Of a stretch of DNA of 64,000 nucleotides, positions 38,401 through 52,049 are shown piece after piece. A program made the position numbers and the translations under genes. The notes beneath the pieces are model-generated. The model did not search any database, was not told where the DNA came from, and saw only the letters and a list, made by a program, of their open reading frames with translations. The stretch comes from Negaprion brevirostris (taxonomy: Eukaryota): assembly GCA_030324005.1 (NCBI GenBank), contig JARDVH010000121.1, positions 46,819,140 through 46,883,139 of the forward strand. Reading direction: 5' to 3'. The stretch's first letter is position 1; each line of letters opens with the position of its first letter.

Positions 38401-41400
38401 ACTTTTTAACCTAGTTTGGACATACAATAAGAAAAGGATTATTTAGCAGGTTGGACAAAAGGTTTATGAGAATTAGTATCATTCATTTGGAAGTTTCTAT
38501 TTCACAATGCTACACGACAGGAACTGGGGCACACAGGCAACGTGAACAGTTCCATAGCACAATGTTATCTACACAGACCACTTGTGTCCCAGCTGCTTTT
38601 GGTAAGAATCCCTACCCTGTCAGGGTCAAGTCCAGTTTTTCCACTATATTGTGTCCATCCACTTACTTTTATAAAATACTACAACTTGCAGAGAAAGCAC
38701 CCAGGACAGAGGAAAAAACAGCACCTTGAATTACATTTCATAGGCTTACATCAGCTGCATTTTATGAAATGGCAAACATGTTACAACATTGGAACAATTG
38801 TTCAGTTAGCTGGGTAACCAAATACTGCTGAGCATTCACTCAGAGTTAAATGGGGAAAGGTTACTTGATTAAGTGTTTTCTACAAATTATTCAACTTTGT
38901 GTTTAAGTGATGGCAGTACATTTCCAAAATAAATGCCAGAAGTTCAAAAAAATACAAGAAACTCTTTAAAGAGATCAATACGAGTTTTTTTTGAACATTA
39001 TTATATTTAAATAATTTCACCACACCNNNNNNNNNNNNNNNAATCACATTCACAAAGATACACTAAAGGCAAACATTTATACCCTAACCAAAATTTTTGA
39101 TAACTCAATAACACACAAGATGTCAACCTCGGCAGTAAAAGCATTCTGAAAATCAAAATGTGCAAAGGACTGATAATTTAGCCCTCGTACTTCCATCACA
39201 ATTTATTTCTTACTGCAGCTTTGGAAAATGGGAGTAAGAAAACTGGTCATGATCCATTACAGTACACCTTAGGATGTGAATAAACTGCAGACTTCAGGTG
39301 AGCTGAACAGATAAGACATTTACAAGAATGGGAGTAATGTATAGTAGATGCTGCACCCTTTTTTGTCAGAACAAAGCCCTCAAATACGTCTACTTTGGCT
39401 AACTGACCAAAAGTGCTATCAGCTTAGTAATCAAACTAGAGCCATTTTCTGTGTAAAATAAAAATGAATAATCCAGAAATTAAATTAGGAACCAGAAACC
39501 TTTTCAAAAAATTATATATCTAAGAACGACCATTCACTGTGGAAGACAAAGGCAATGGATCAGTGCAACATGATTGGACAGATTTGAAGAGAAGGTTGCC
39601 TCAGAGGGCATTGTTGCATCAGGAGACCATTACAAATATTAATTGTAGAACTCTATTTTTAATTCCAGCTTTTGTATCATTTGATACAAATGGGGTGCAA
39701 CAAGGCAATCGGGATGGGGGCAATAAGGAGATAGTTGAAGGGAAGCAATGCTCGACCAATTTTAAAAAGGAAATATCAACAGTTACTAAATGTCACTGAG
39801 TAAGAAAGCTTCTTCGCTAAGAACACTGAGGCTCATGGGAGCCTTTTTACTTGTGAACGCACAACCTGAAAGGTTTATTTCCAAAACGAACGTGCCTTTG
39901 TCTTTATTCTAAAATTAATTTTCTTGATGGCAGTTTTTTTAACATTTCCTGAGGTCTTCCTGAAATAGTTACTATTCGATCTCAGGTTAAGCTCATTGGA
40001 CCATGATTAGTACATAACATTCTTCAATCTTACTCATGCTTTAGACTCCAAATGCACGTAATCATATCTATCATACAAAAAGGATTTTTCAGCAACAGAT
40101 TCAAGTCCATTCTATTTCCTTTATGATGTCAAGTCAATGCCAAAAATCATTTTTATATTTTAGAAATTATTATACGCAAAAGATCTTTGGATAGCATTGA
40201 CTCAAATCTTTGGCCAGTTTATTTGCTACACTTGTGTAAACGTACCTTTCAATTTACCAGTTTACTTCCGAATAAATCTTCACCTGTTACAGAATCCAAA
40301 AATAGCATTCATCTACCTTAGCAGTCGCTATCAATTTTTAGTTCTTTTGATGTATACTATACAGAACTTTCATCTCCTTAATTTCTAGTAATCATTGCTA
40401 CGAAAATTGATGAATTTCCATGATTTTATAACCATACAAAAACAACTTCTCCCCATGCTCACAGCCTCATTGCCGATTGTAAGTTGCAAATCGAAAGCTT
40501 AGTTTCACCAAAAACCCAGCTACATCCGTCAAGTATTTATGCACAGAGGCACAAAACATGGACCACAGAAGTCAAATCACATAACTGTCAAATCTTGAAC
40601 AAATTAACAAACTTGTTCTTTCAAAGTGACTCATCACATCACTCAGAAACATCACAAGGTACTTCACAAAGAATGAACTGCGTGAGAAATAAGGCTTGGG
40701 ACTGAATTTTATCTGGTTGATTTGTTTCTTAAATTATTAAAAATGCTGGTTAAAAACACCACTGTTTCATTGCATGTCTCTGGCTGGAAACTTCAGTTCC
40801 TGATGCCACTGCCAGAGTTCGCTTCAAAGCTGATAACTAATCTTATAATTGTACAACTTTATTCAGAAAATCATCAATATTAAATTAAGTTACTGTGCAT
40901 TTCAGTAAGTTTCATAATTCATTCATTAGCTGACAGAAAGCTTTCAATCAACTGCCTAATAGGCTCATGAAAACTAAACCAAGATTATCAGCTCTGACAA
41001 TATTTAAGAAATAGAATTTCTACTGCGTAGTATTTCATGGTTATACACATTTTGTTTTTTGTCACATCAACAACTTAGTTTTGAAACAAGAATCCAGAAT
41101 CCACTTTTGCTGGGAAAGTTCTCCATATTATGAATATTCAATCAATCAGACTCCAACACATCCTGTCCTTACAGCAGGAGTCTACACATGCTCCCAGTCA
41201 ATTTCCAGCAAAGTGATTCACAGGAAAACACATTTTCAGAGATCTGGGTTACTAATCTGCCAGATAACATGCAATACAAAGCTTAGCTAATCTTTTGAGC
41301 ATTTGAAGATAATTGCTGGTATCTGGCTAAAGATACAGTATTTCTCTTATTAGCCTTGATAGTTTGGATTATCAGTAATCAAACTTATCTACAGATAAGT

Positions 41401-44400
41401 CTCTCTCACTGTGTATAGTCCTTGTTTAAGGTTACTGATGATAAAAGGTGCTAGAACAGAAACTGGATACTGACAGCAGCATTAAAGCTTCATTTACCAA
41501 GAAAACATTTGTCTTCTGAATGTGTCATATCCTGCACCACTTCAACAATGCTACATGGACACATAAAAATAATGTGGAACTTGCATTCTAACAATTAACA
41601 GATTCTGGGAAACAAGAAACAGCTTCATCCATTTCACCTGTACCAAAGGGTTTAACATAATTTGCACAAATTTTTTTTTCAAAGAGTCTCAACAATGAAC
41701 TTCAAAAGGTCACACCCAGCCAAGAAGGATCCAAATCAAATGCACACTTTTCAAGGTAGCTACTGAACAAAAAACTTCAGACAATTTAGTAGTCGAAATG
41801 CGAACTGTAGAAAGCAAGTAGTTAACAAACAAGATGTATTTCTTTATACTAATCTAAAGCAAACTGAAGAATAAATTAAAAAGAATCCAAGCATGGCAAA
41901 GAAAAGTACTTGGAATATTTCAGCCTGTCTATAAAGCTGAAATCTGCAAATTTCGATCAAGAAAAATCACACAAAAGAATTAAATAGTAGAAAATTCTAC
42001 TTTCTCCCAAACTACCTTAGAGAAATTATTGTTCAACATGCAGGCACAATGTTTATCTTACTACAATTTATTCTTTTTAATAGCTTTGAATTTTAAAATT
42101 TAAATCAAACATTTGGAGCCATTTCCAACAATTCTTGTCACAATTTTCATTCACAGACACAACCAGCAAACAACAGAAACAAAGTGAGCAAACAGAAAAT
42201 TCGCAGTTGAAGAATCTAAGCAAATTTCTGAAAATCCAAATACATCACCTTATTTCATTCTACAAGCCTGTTCTCTCTGTTAGAAAGTGAACAAATTACG
42301 TTGAACAACCTTACATTTTCACAATTATTTTCACTGTTTCAGAATTTTTCCTCCAGTTTCTTTAAAACTAACAAAGTAACTGAAAAATGTTTCAGTAAAA
42401 ATAGTTAAAAGATTATTTCAACGAGAAATATTTTCAATTTTCAGCTCATTCCCTGATTACAGATTGAAAATATCAGTCTGTCAAAATTAGACCTCAAAAG
42501 CATCTATTTGCTGGTTGGAACCACAAACAGTAAATCGGAAAACAATTACAAATGGATGATTCTTTTGATTCTGAGCTTTGGCTGAAAACACTGAACTTAT
42601 TTATAACAGAGAAATTTATTTGTCTTTTTCATCGCTGGAGTTGTATTATAAGTGCAGTTATCGAAAGGTGTTTCATCCGAACCCTTGAAAGTTACTTTCA
42701 ACAAATTAATTTTGTAAAGCATCTGAACATATATTTAAGATTCCATGTTTCATCTTTATATGCTACAGTTTAATGAGTAAAACACCATGACAGCTGGCCA
42801 TATATGGATTGAAATCATTATGCAGAAGAATGGAGACTTAGTTACAATTTTTGATAGATAATTGAAACACAATACAGTGTATCATTTAAAATATACTACT
42901 GTGTTTTGAGATTCTTAACTAAGTTTGTTAGTTTTCATTTTTTTGGAACTGAAATTTAATCTAATTTGAAGCTTTTGAAAAACAAGGAATTATGCTAATA
43001 TTATGGTTAGTGTTTTGGAAACATCAATAGTCCACTACACAGGTAAAATTTTACACAGTTCAAAGTTGGTTATATTTTAATTTGATCCGATCATGTCTTT
43101 TTTTGCACTGGATTTATTTACAATCTAATCATTTTAAAAGATATTGCACTTGTGAACTTGATAACTTCTTTACAACTTGCACTGAACAAAAGGTCAAATT
43201 GTTCTGATGAAACGAAATTGATTGAAGCATAAAACTATGCCTTAAAATTCCACAATTTTTCATACTTACTACATATCATACACAGAAATACACACACGTA
43301 AGAAAGTGAAGGGTATTTAATATTACATTTTATTTTATTATTTCAGGTATGGTTATATGCAAATGATAAGCAACAGTCCAAATGAAAAATATCTATTTCA
43401 CACTTGTTCATATTTGAAAGATAAAAGGACACAAAAATTAACACTGATAAACAGATCAATCCCAACAACTAACACTCAAAAACCTTGTCAAATCAACTTT
43501 ACAGCAACTTAAAACATTTTAGAAGTTTCAAAATTTGGCAATATACAACTACATCACAAGATATATACAACTCCAAACTAAAATGATTAAATACTGCATG
43601 AAGTGTCCTAAAGGATTTAATAAACCAGACCAAATATACCTTATTGGTATAACTTTAATATTTCTAAGACAATCAGGTTTGAGAGTTACAGTTTAGAGAT
43701 TTGGTTCAAATACTTCTTTAGAATACAGTACATCTTAATTGTTTGCCTTGGTCTTTGATTTCCTTCATTCTTTTTAAATGCATGCAAATCTTGAGTTTCA
43801 GCTAGGCAAATCATAACAATTCATAACCAAAGTTCGTAGATTCCAGAATACAAACAAGTTCAACTCAAACTGATGATTTGAAGCATTATTTTCTCAGACA
43901 TTTACAAATATTTCACCATTACTGCTAAATTCAATTTTGATATTTCTATTCCCATCTTTTAAAGCTACCATGCATGTTCCATAAAAAACAACAATTTGTC
44001 ACATCTGATGGATTAAGGTTAGCTCATTGGAGTATTAAAAAAAAGCAAAGACCTAAACTGAATTAACGCATTTGTTTATTTCCAATATTTAAAGTTTGAT
44101 ATTACAACTTGTATGTTATACTAATGCCAATGTTCAACAAAATTCCTTAAATACAATCTAGCACTTCATCCTACTTAAAAGCAACAAAACATCTGATACC
44201 AACATCTTCAATTAGTGTGTCAACAATGAGAAATAGTTACCACATCACACTTTGCAACAGGGCAGACAAACTTATTGTACATCTCTTGGAGAAAACAAAA
44301 CGTTGTATGTTCAAGACTGTCAGGTAAACATGTTACTTACTCAGAGGTGTCCTAGGAGTATCTTTAACTATGAAATTGGCGAGACAAAGCAGATTCCTTA

Positions 44401-45150
44401 GAAACATATATATGTGAACACAACAACAAGCTTTGGAAATTGTGACCCACAACTTCAGTACCAATTGGAAACAGAAGTTTCAGAGTCATATTCTTTAAAT
44501 TAGAACTCTAAACTAAACCCAATCGTTTCAAAAGTGCTCACCTTACATCAATAGTCATTAACGTTTTGTAAATTAACAGATTAAAGTGTTTATTTTTAAG
44601 TTTCAAACTGAAAACAAGCCAAACGCGGCTTCCACTTCATCAACATTTGCAATGGCTAGAAACTAAATATTTAAACTTTTTACAGGACAAACAATTAAAG
44701 GATAGTATCTTTAAATGCCCCATTTCTCTCCAGTCTCCCTTACAACTAAACGAGCTCACGTGTTGCTACACATACTGGACTAACGACGAAACAGCTTTTC
44801 ATAAAACACAAGACAATATTTCTATCTCTTCAGTGGAAATGGTCGATGGAACTTCAACGGGGCACCGGCGCCAAAACAACTCGAGAGTAAACAAGTGCAA
44901 TAGTTATCCATCTTAAAATAAAACGATGCATTTCTTTCCTCTCCGAAAGGTTTGAGTTATCTGCATATATTTTGTCACAGCCCCGGCAGCGTGACCACCT
45001 CCCTGACTCACAGCAACAAAACCGTAATATGAGCCACACACACAAAATAACTAGTTAACGTTAACCAACCCAGAACGTGTAACTTTCTTTTAGAAGTTGG
45101 AAGGGGGCAGGGGAGAAGGAGAAGGAGGGGGGGGGGGGCTGCTGGCGGTG

Positions 45151-45726
45151 NNNNNNNNNNNNNNNNNNNNNNNNNNNNNNNNNNNNNNNNNNNNNNNNNN
45201 NNNNNNNNNNNNNNNNNNNNNNNNNNNNNNNNNNNNNNNNNNNNNNNNNNNNNNNNNNNNNNNNNNNNNNNNNNNNNNNNNNNNNNNNNNNNNNNNNNNN
45301 NNNNNNNNNNNNNNNNNNNNNNNNNNNNNNNNNNNNNNNNNNNNNNNNNNNNNNNNNNNNNNNNNNNNNNNNNNNNNNNNNNNNNNNNNNNNNNNNNNNN
45401 NNNNNNNNNNNNNNNNNNNNNNNNNNNNNNNNNNNNNNNNNNNNNNNNNNNNNNNNNNNNNNNNNNNNNNNNNNNNNNNNNNNNNNNNNNNNNNNNNNNN
45501 NNNNNNNNNNNNNNNNNNNNNNNNNNNNNNNNNNNNNNNNNNNNNNNNNNNNNNNNNNNNNNNNNNNNNNNNNNNNNNNNNNNNNNNNNNNNNNNNNNNN
45601 NNNNNNNNNNNNNNNNNNNNNNNNNNNNNNNNNNNNNNNNNNNNNNNNNNNNNNNNNNNNNNNNNNNNNNNNNNNNNNNNNNNNNNNNNNNNNNNNNNNN
45701 NNNNNNNNNNNNNNNNNNNNNNNCAT
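45151..45726 (-). other. Candidate first coding exon of a minus-strand gene, almost entirely in the gap
   Basis: ggaaagagATG (purine at -3) directly abuts the N run; GC-rich flanks. Confidence 0.35.
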
Positions 45727-45862
45727 CTCTTTCCGATCGGTTTTTGCACGCCAGCTCCACTTTCCAAATTTTGGAAATTATTTTTCTCTATTTTTCACGG
45801 CCTAAAAAAAATTCTTTCCCCCAGCTTCTTTTCAGAAGCCATTGTGCGGAGGATGCTGGGAG

Positions 45863-45870
45863 TGACGTCA
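45863..45870. promoter_or_regulatory. Full palindromic CRE (CREB/ATF site)
   Basis: TGACGTCA inside the CpG-rich region. Confidence 0.6.
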
Positions 45871-46343
45871 GGGAGTTTCGCAACATTTCGAGGCTGTTGC
45901 AGTTTCTGGGAGTCCAGGAGGTGGGGGGTAATGCAAGCCCTCCATCCATTCATTCCTCACTCCCTCCCTCCCTCCTTCCCTCCCATGCAGGGTGCCACCA
46001 CCACCACCACCACCAACTGCAACCCTTCCTCCCTCCACACTGGCAACAGGCTACTGCTTCCTTTGTGTGTGTGTGTGTTTCTATTTTTTTTTTTGCAATT
46101 GGGTAGAAAGAGCCTGGCATCCAAAAAAAAAGAGCAGCATTGCAAAGGAGGAGAGGTTGAGGAACCGTCCACGCTGGCGGGCAGCGTTGGACAATCAAAT
46201 GAATGGGAGCGACCAAACTTTCCTTTTGTTTTTTCCCTCAGTGGTTGCATCTGGAATAAGAGGGATGGACTGAGCTTCAAGAGTTGGATGCGTTTTTGTG
46301 GAAGTTTAAAGAGCAGGAAAACTCCCTGGGATCATCTCTGGAT

Positions 46344-46357
46344 GTTACCTCAGTAAC
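46344..46357. promoter_or_regulatory. RFX X-box
   Basis: GTTACC-TC-AGTAAC fits GTNRCC-N(0-3)-RGYAAC. Confidence 0.55.
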
Positions 46358-47949
46358 CGGAACGGAGAACGCAGGTAGGACTTGGATTGTTGGTTATTAT
46401 GGTCATTGAGCACATTCGAATTCAATGCAAAAGGATGGCCAAATCGTGTGTTTGTTATTAAGACTGACATTTGGATGCAGCTTTTATCGAATCTTATTCA
46501 TTGGAAGAGGCATTTTTTAAATATTGGTTTAAAATGTTTAAATTTTCAAAACTAAACTTTGCTGGCTGTTACTCTTGAATGCTTGTACAATTTGTTTTCA
46601 TTCCAATCTGCCTCACCTTTTGTGATAATCAGTCTCAAATCTAACGTTTTTTCTCAATGTACCTCAACTGGAGACTTGGCTGTAGTTGAAAGGCATGGAC
46701 AACAATTACAATTATACTTTGTTCAGGCAATCAGAAGGTACCACATGAGGAAATAAAGTCTACTATTCACATTAATACCAAGCAACTTATATTTGTTTTA
46801 CATGCATACTGGTGTTATTTAATGTTTATTGTAATGTTATTTAATGTTTAAGCTAGTGTTAAGGTTGTGGGTACAAGGCTGCTGAGCGNNNNNNNNNNNN
46901 NNNNNNNNNNNNNNNNNNNNNNNNNNNNNNNNNNNNNNNNNNNNNNNNNNNNNNNNNNNNNNNNNNNNNNNNNNNNAAAAAGAGCAAGATGGTTATTCGT
47001 GGTTCAAAATATTAGCAATAAATGCTTTGGTCCATTGATGCCACAGACATCATGCTTTGCTTGAAAATAACTGGATCACTTAAATGGAAGCTCCTACAAA
47101 ATATGTCAGTCAACGAAATTAGTGGAATGAATATATTGAAAGTTAATGAGAGGAACACTGGCTGTAAAGTTACTGATGCTCAGTGTCTTGTTCACATATC
47201 AGATCAGAGTTTGGATGTTTTTATGCTCTCCATGTATCATTTTGAAGTTCGTATTAGGCAGGAGGTGAAAGTAGATTGTGCCCCTTTCTTTGTATATAGT
47301 ACGATGCATCGAATGTCTTTGGCTTTCAACAATTGTAGCAATGGATGCCAAGGGACAGATTTTAGAAAGCACCTGTCATAAATTCAACAAATGCTCACAA
47401 ACGCTATTATATTTTAAGTTAATAATGCATGAGTACTGGCAACAGATTTCTGCTGGACTGCACAATTTTGGAGAGAATACGTGAAATCTGAAAAGTTGAC
47501 CTACTTAATTTTACTGATGTACAGATATTAAGTGAACTGTTGTTTTCTTGTTGATGATCGAACCATGGAAATGATACAGTAGTTAGAAACTAACAGAGGG
47601 ATGCTCAATGATTCCTATCAGTGCTTCTTGACAAAATGATGTTTTTCTTTTCATTTAAAACAAGTTGTAAAGGAATAATTTTTCAAGGATTCTTTACAAA
47701 TTAGCAACAATGTTCAAGTCTTTAGTCAGGGAGAAATCGGTATGCAGAAATGTAGTTTCAGTTTATTGGAGCTATTAAGTAGAATTGCATTATCGTTGTA
47801 TGACTGAACGAGCTTTTACTCTCAAGAGTTGGGACATGCAGACAGGTACCTGCATCTTAATAATGTAGTTTTAAATCTTCCTGACACGAGGTAAAAGCCT
47901 CTTGCATTATCCACAAATTGGAAAATGTAAAATTAATAGCAATTATGAA

Positions 47950-50900
47950 TGTCCTAGTGAATATAATTTGTGCAACATAATTGTAATGTAAGAATCAGAA
48001 TAAAGTTCCAATTACAAAAACAGAATCAGGTTTACTATCATCTACAACAGAATTAGAATACATTATTAAATTCTAGTAACAGAATTCCAATATGTACAAT
48101 AGAATTACTGCACATTAACAGATATTACACAGAATTAGAACAGTACAAACATTTTTAAAATAATTTGAGAGCCAATAACCACATTGTATGTTCGATACAA
48201 TATTCCAAATCCAATGTAGTCAGAATATGTTCCAAAAATCAAATAAAACCAGAGTACTTACATTGTCATAGCTGAATCGAAACAATGCACCAAATATCCA
48301 TAAAACAATGAGCAAATTAACTAAATATGCAGAATAGAATACAAAAACTGATGCAAAAACCCTGAACAGATTTCAAACTTATTATTGAATATTCAGGAAA
48401 AAATTCCAAATACAGATAGCACAATCAGTATCTAGTACCAAATAACTTCAGTGGAACCAGAAAATGGCGACAAGTAATTATTGCAGGATTAAAGCTTTTC
48501 ACCCAGTACTCTGCACAGAATTATTCTATGATATCAAATTTCTACAAGATTATTAATAGAAACTGCAAACATCTAATAATTGAATTACACATAATACCGT
48601 ATGTCTCACAAAAAATAGACCATGATAAGAAATACTCAGAATAGAATCAGGATGTATCTTCAGAATCGGAATATTGGAGAAAATCTGTACAACAGAATTG
48701 GAACACAATAGGACATGCCCAGAATATAATTGGAATACTGGACTGACTGCCCACAACAAAATTGGAACAAAACACCAAATGCACATACAAAAGCAAAACA
48801 CTAAGTGCTTTATACTGGGAATCAAACAAAAAACTAAAAATGCAGGACAGGCAGCATCTGTGAAATGAGAAACACAGTTAATGCTTAGGTTACGAACAGT
48901 TTAGGTCACAAACCTTTTGTCAGAACCAAATAAACATTGAACTGAAATTTTAACAGAATTGCTAAACAAAACTTTTAAGCTGTTGACAAAATCATTCTTG
49001 GTTTTTGGACCACAAGTGATAATTTGAATTTAATCTCGATAATATATTTTCAGAAAAAAATGTCTTGTCGGGTTCAGTTTTCGCATTCCATACATTGTAA
49101 TTTCAGAATAATTAATTTCAATTTAAATAGTGTACATTTCGGATACAGTAACGTATGTGTTTTTCCAAAAAATACATAAATTGTTTTACACACAGTACTT
49201 TCTGTTTTGTTTGATATGTTATGTAGCACATCTGCAAACCACCTTGCTAGTCGTATATTTCCTCCTCCTGATCTTATGAGGAAAGCAATGCTTTTCAGAT
49301 TGTAAATGGATAAAGGGCACAGTTGGAATAACTATGGATTATTTGAGCAAATCATCAAGGAATGACTGCTCAATCACAGTGATAAATAGGATAATCTGAA
49401 TCAGAATCTGTTTCAAAATATAGTATCAAGTACATGAAACGGAACCAGAACATCATGATATTTTCAGGCAGTTACAGTTACTTAATATAACATTTGAATT
49501 TTTCTGTGGCGATTTGTTACTGTGTTCTGATTTTGTTGTGAGTACCTGATATCATTTTCTGATTCTGTTAAATTCTTGTTTGAAACATGTTGCTGTTTAG
49601 TATGATATTCTCATTCTGTTGGGGGTATTTGTACATAACACAATCTATCAAAATGGGAACCAGAATTTGATGTCAAATGCCTGCAAACAGAAAATGGAAG
49701 CCAGAACCAAATACTAACAGCAGAATTTGAACACAATCGAAATATAGGACTAACTATTAGCAATACCTTACCAAGAAGCTGCAACATACTTGGAATATTA
49801 TGCTAGATACAACTATCTCGGAATATATTACTGAATACTCAAACCTGTGTCAGAATATGGTACCAAATACTCATTGGAATTATAATTAACAGATTGTGTT
49901 TTATGGCTGAACCATAAATAGGTTTCACAAAATGGTACTAAGTACCCGTGGTAGAGTTGGAGGATTGTTAATAAAAATCAGAAAATTGTACCAAATAGCC
50001 GCAACAGAATTATGGTATATAATGAAAATATGCCTGAGAGAATGAGAAAGTATTGCACAAAACTCTCATCAACATCAAAATACAGCAAAAAAAACTCTTA
50101 AAAGAATTAGAACATCTAAATATACATCTTTTGTAACAGGATTTCATTAAAAATGGATAGAGCCAAATTAGAACACAAAAAAAAATTAAAACATCCACAG
50201 CAGGATCAGAATGTGTTATCACAGGCACAACAGAATTAGAAAGCTGAACAATATATCCTTCACATTGTCAGATCACCAGGATATGGGAATAAATACTAGA
50301 ATCAGACATTGTTACTATATATCCAGATCAAAATCTCAACATTGGAACGAATAACAGAAACACAATCAGACCAACCACAATAGGATTAGGAGGGTGAATG
50401 AAATGACCAAAACTGAATTCGAAACTGGTCCAAATAACAGGGAAAAAATAAAGTATCAGATCCTCCAACAAAATCTGTACGTAGCATGAACACAATTAAA
50501 CTATTGTGCCAAAAACCCATAAACAAGGAAAATTATTTGTCCAAAACTCTCAAAATAATTTATTTTAAGAAATAGGAAATGCCTACAATATTACAGAACT
50601 GAATTTGCACTTAGAATGAAAATACACAAGGAAATACAACTTATTACCAATATGGTACTAAATACGAACAGCAACATGAGAATATAGTACAAAATACTCA
50701 CAATGCATGAAGAATATGCTACCAAATCACCACAACTGAATTAAACTGTAGTATTAAACACCACAGTAAGATTAGAAGAATAGCTCAAAAATAATTTTAA
50801 CATAATATTGACTAATCAAAACAGAATCAAACCATCAAATTGACCTCCTGTGACAAAATTAGAACATGCAGAGAAAAATCTTCAGGACAGAATTGGAACA

Positions 50901-50960
50901 CCATAGGTCGTGCCCAGGACATAATTAGAATACTGTACTAACTGCCCACAACAGAATTGG
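47950..50960. repeat. Highly degenerate ~32-bp minisatellite (approx. GAATATGGTACCAAATACCCACAACAGAATTA)
   Basis: Consecutive 31-32-nt units at 50648-50775; CAGAAT motif recurs throughout. Confidence 0.65.
48677..49298 (+). repeat. ~600-bp direct duplication, copy 1
   Basis: Colinear with 50871-51460 (e.g. cagaaccaaataaacattgaa; gcacatctgcaaaccacctt; gatcttatgaggaaa). Confidence 0.9.
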
Positions 50961-51460
50961 AACAAGAACACTCGATTCAGTATGCTGAAAATCAAACGAA
51001 AAACTAAAAATGCAGGACAGACAGAATCTGTGAAGTGAGAAACACAGTTAATGCTTTAGGTCACAAACTTTTCGTCAGAACCAAATAAACATTGAATTGA
51101 AATTTTAACAGAATTGTTAAACAAAATTTTTAAGCTGTTGACAAAATGCTTCTTGGGTTTTGGAGCACAAATGCAAATTTGAATTTAATTTTGATAATAT
51201 ATTTCCAGAAAGAAATGTCTTGTGGATTCACTTTTCACATTCCATACATTGTAATATCAGAATAATTAATTTCAATTTAGACATAGTGTGCATTTCAGAT
51301 ACTGTAATGTATGTGTTTCTCCATAAAATGGATAAATTATTTTACCACAGTATGTTCTGTTTTGTTTGACATATATTACATTATACAGCACATCTGCAAA
51401 CCACCTTACTAGTCGTATATTTCCTTCTTCTGATCTTATGAGGAAAACAGTGCTTTTCAG
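50871..51460 (+). repeat. ~600-bp direct duplication, copy 2
   Basis: Colinear with 48677-49298. Confidence 0.9.
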
Positions 51461-51589
51461 CTGTTCTTTCAGAAACTAGCCACAGACTTTATCAAAGCAG
51501 CTGATTATAATATGAAAGATGAACATACAACTTTGATAGGGAAGAAAGGACCAGCTGGTTTATTAACTCTGCCCCACACCAGGATAGGA

Positions 51590-51740
51590 AATATAGGAAC
51601 ATCGAAAATGATAGCAAGGGTGGACCATTCAGCCCCTCAAGCCTGCTCTGCTATTCAGCTAGATTATAGCTGATCTGCGACTGCAATGCCATTTTCCCAC
51701 ATTATCCTTATGTTATTGGATGCCCTTACTATCTAAAAAT
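51590..51740 (-). mobile_element. CR1 LINE 3' tail
   Basis: ggaccattcagcccctcaagcctgctctgctattcagctagattatagctgatct. Confidence 0.65.
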
Positions 51741-52049
51741 CTTCATGACCGGATCATCATGTTGATTTCTTCCTGCACTTACTTCCCCATCCACCTCTGT
51801 AGCTGATTAATTTCCTGGAAACAGCAAAATAAAAATTGAGACAGAAAATAAGGTTATTATGGGGGAAGAAAGGACTCTGGAAAATTCCTGCCCTACCCCC
51901 TTAGGTAAATGAAACTAGTTCAAATGTTCATATGGAATAGGTGTTAGGAATAAAGAGAATTTGCTTTTCTGTGCTAACACAAATACATAATAACTCAGAC
52001 ACACACATATATATTAGTAACGTTTTCATTCATCCTTCCCCAGTAATTA

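Larger units (their letters stand above)
44740..46400. promoter_or_regulatory. CpG-rich, probably bidirectional promoter region (core hidden by 573-nt gap)
   Basis: Local CpG/GC rise in AT-rich flanks; CRE TGACGTCA 45863-45870; X-box 46344-46357; CCGGAA at ~46357; minus-strand ATG at 45726; plus-strand donor CAG|GTAGGA at 46375. Confidence 0.65.

Noticed and set aside
44030-44070. AAAAAAAGCAAAG resembling a MALAT1/NEAT1 triple-helix A-tract
   Set aside because: No upstream U-rich motifs and no downstream tRNA-like structure
45724-45760. Assigning a gene name to the minus-strand gene
   Set aside because: No coding sequence is visible beyond the ATG; any symbol would be a guess
45097-46356. 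419-aa plus-strand ORF and other long ORFs across N runs (also 24124-24839, 1545-1945)
   Set aside because: Length comes from reading through gaps; the real sequence portions are low-complexity or repeat-derived
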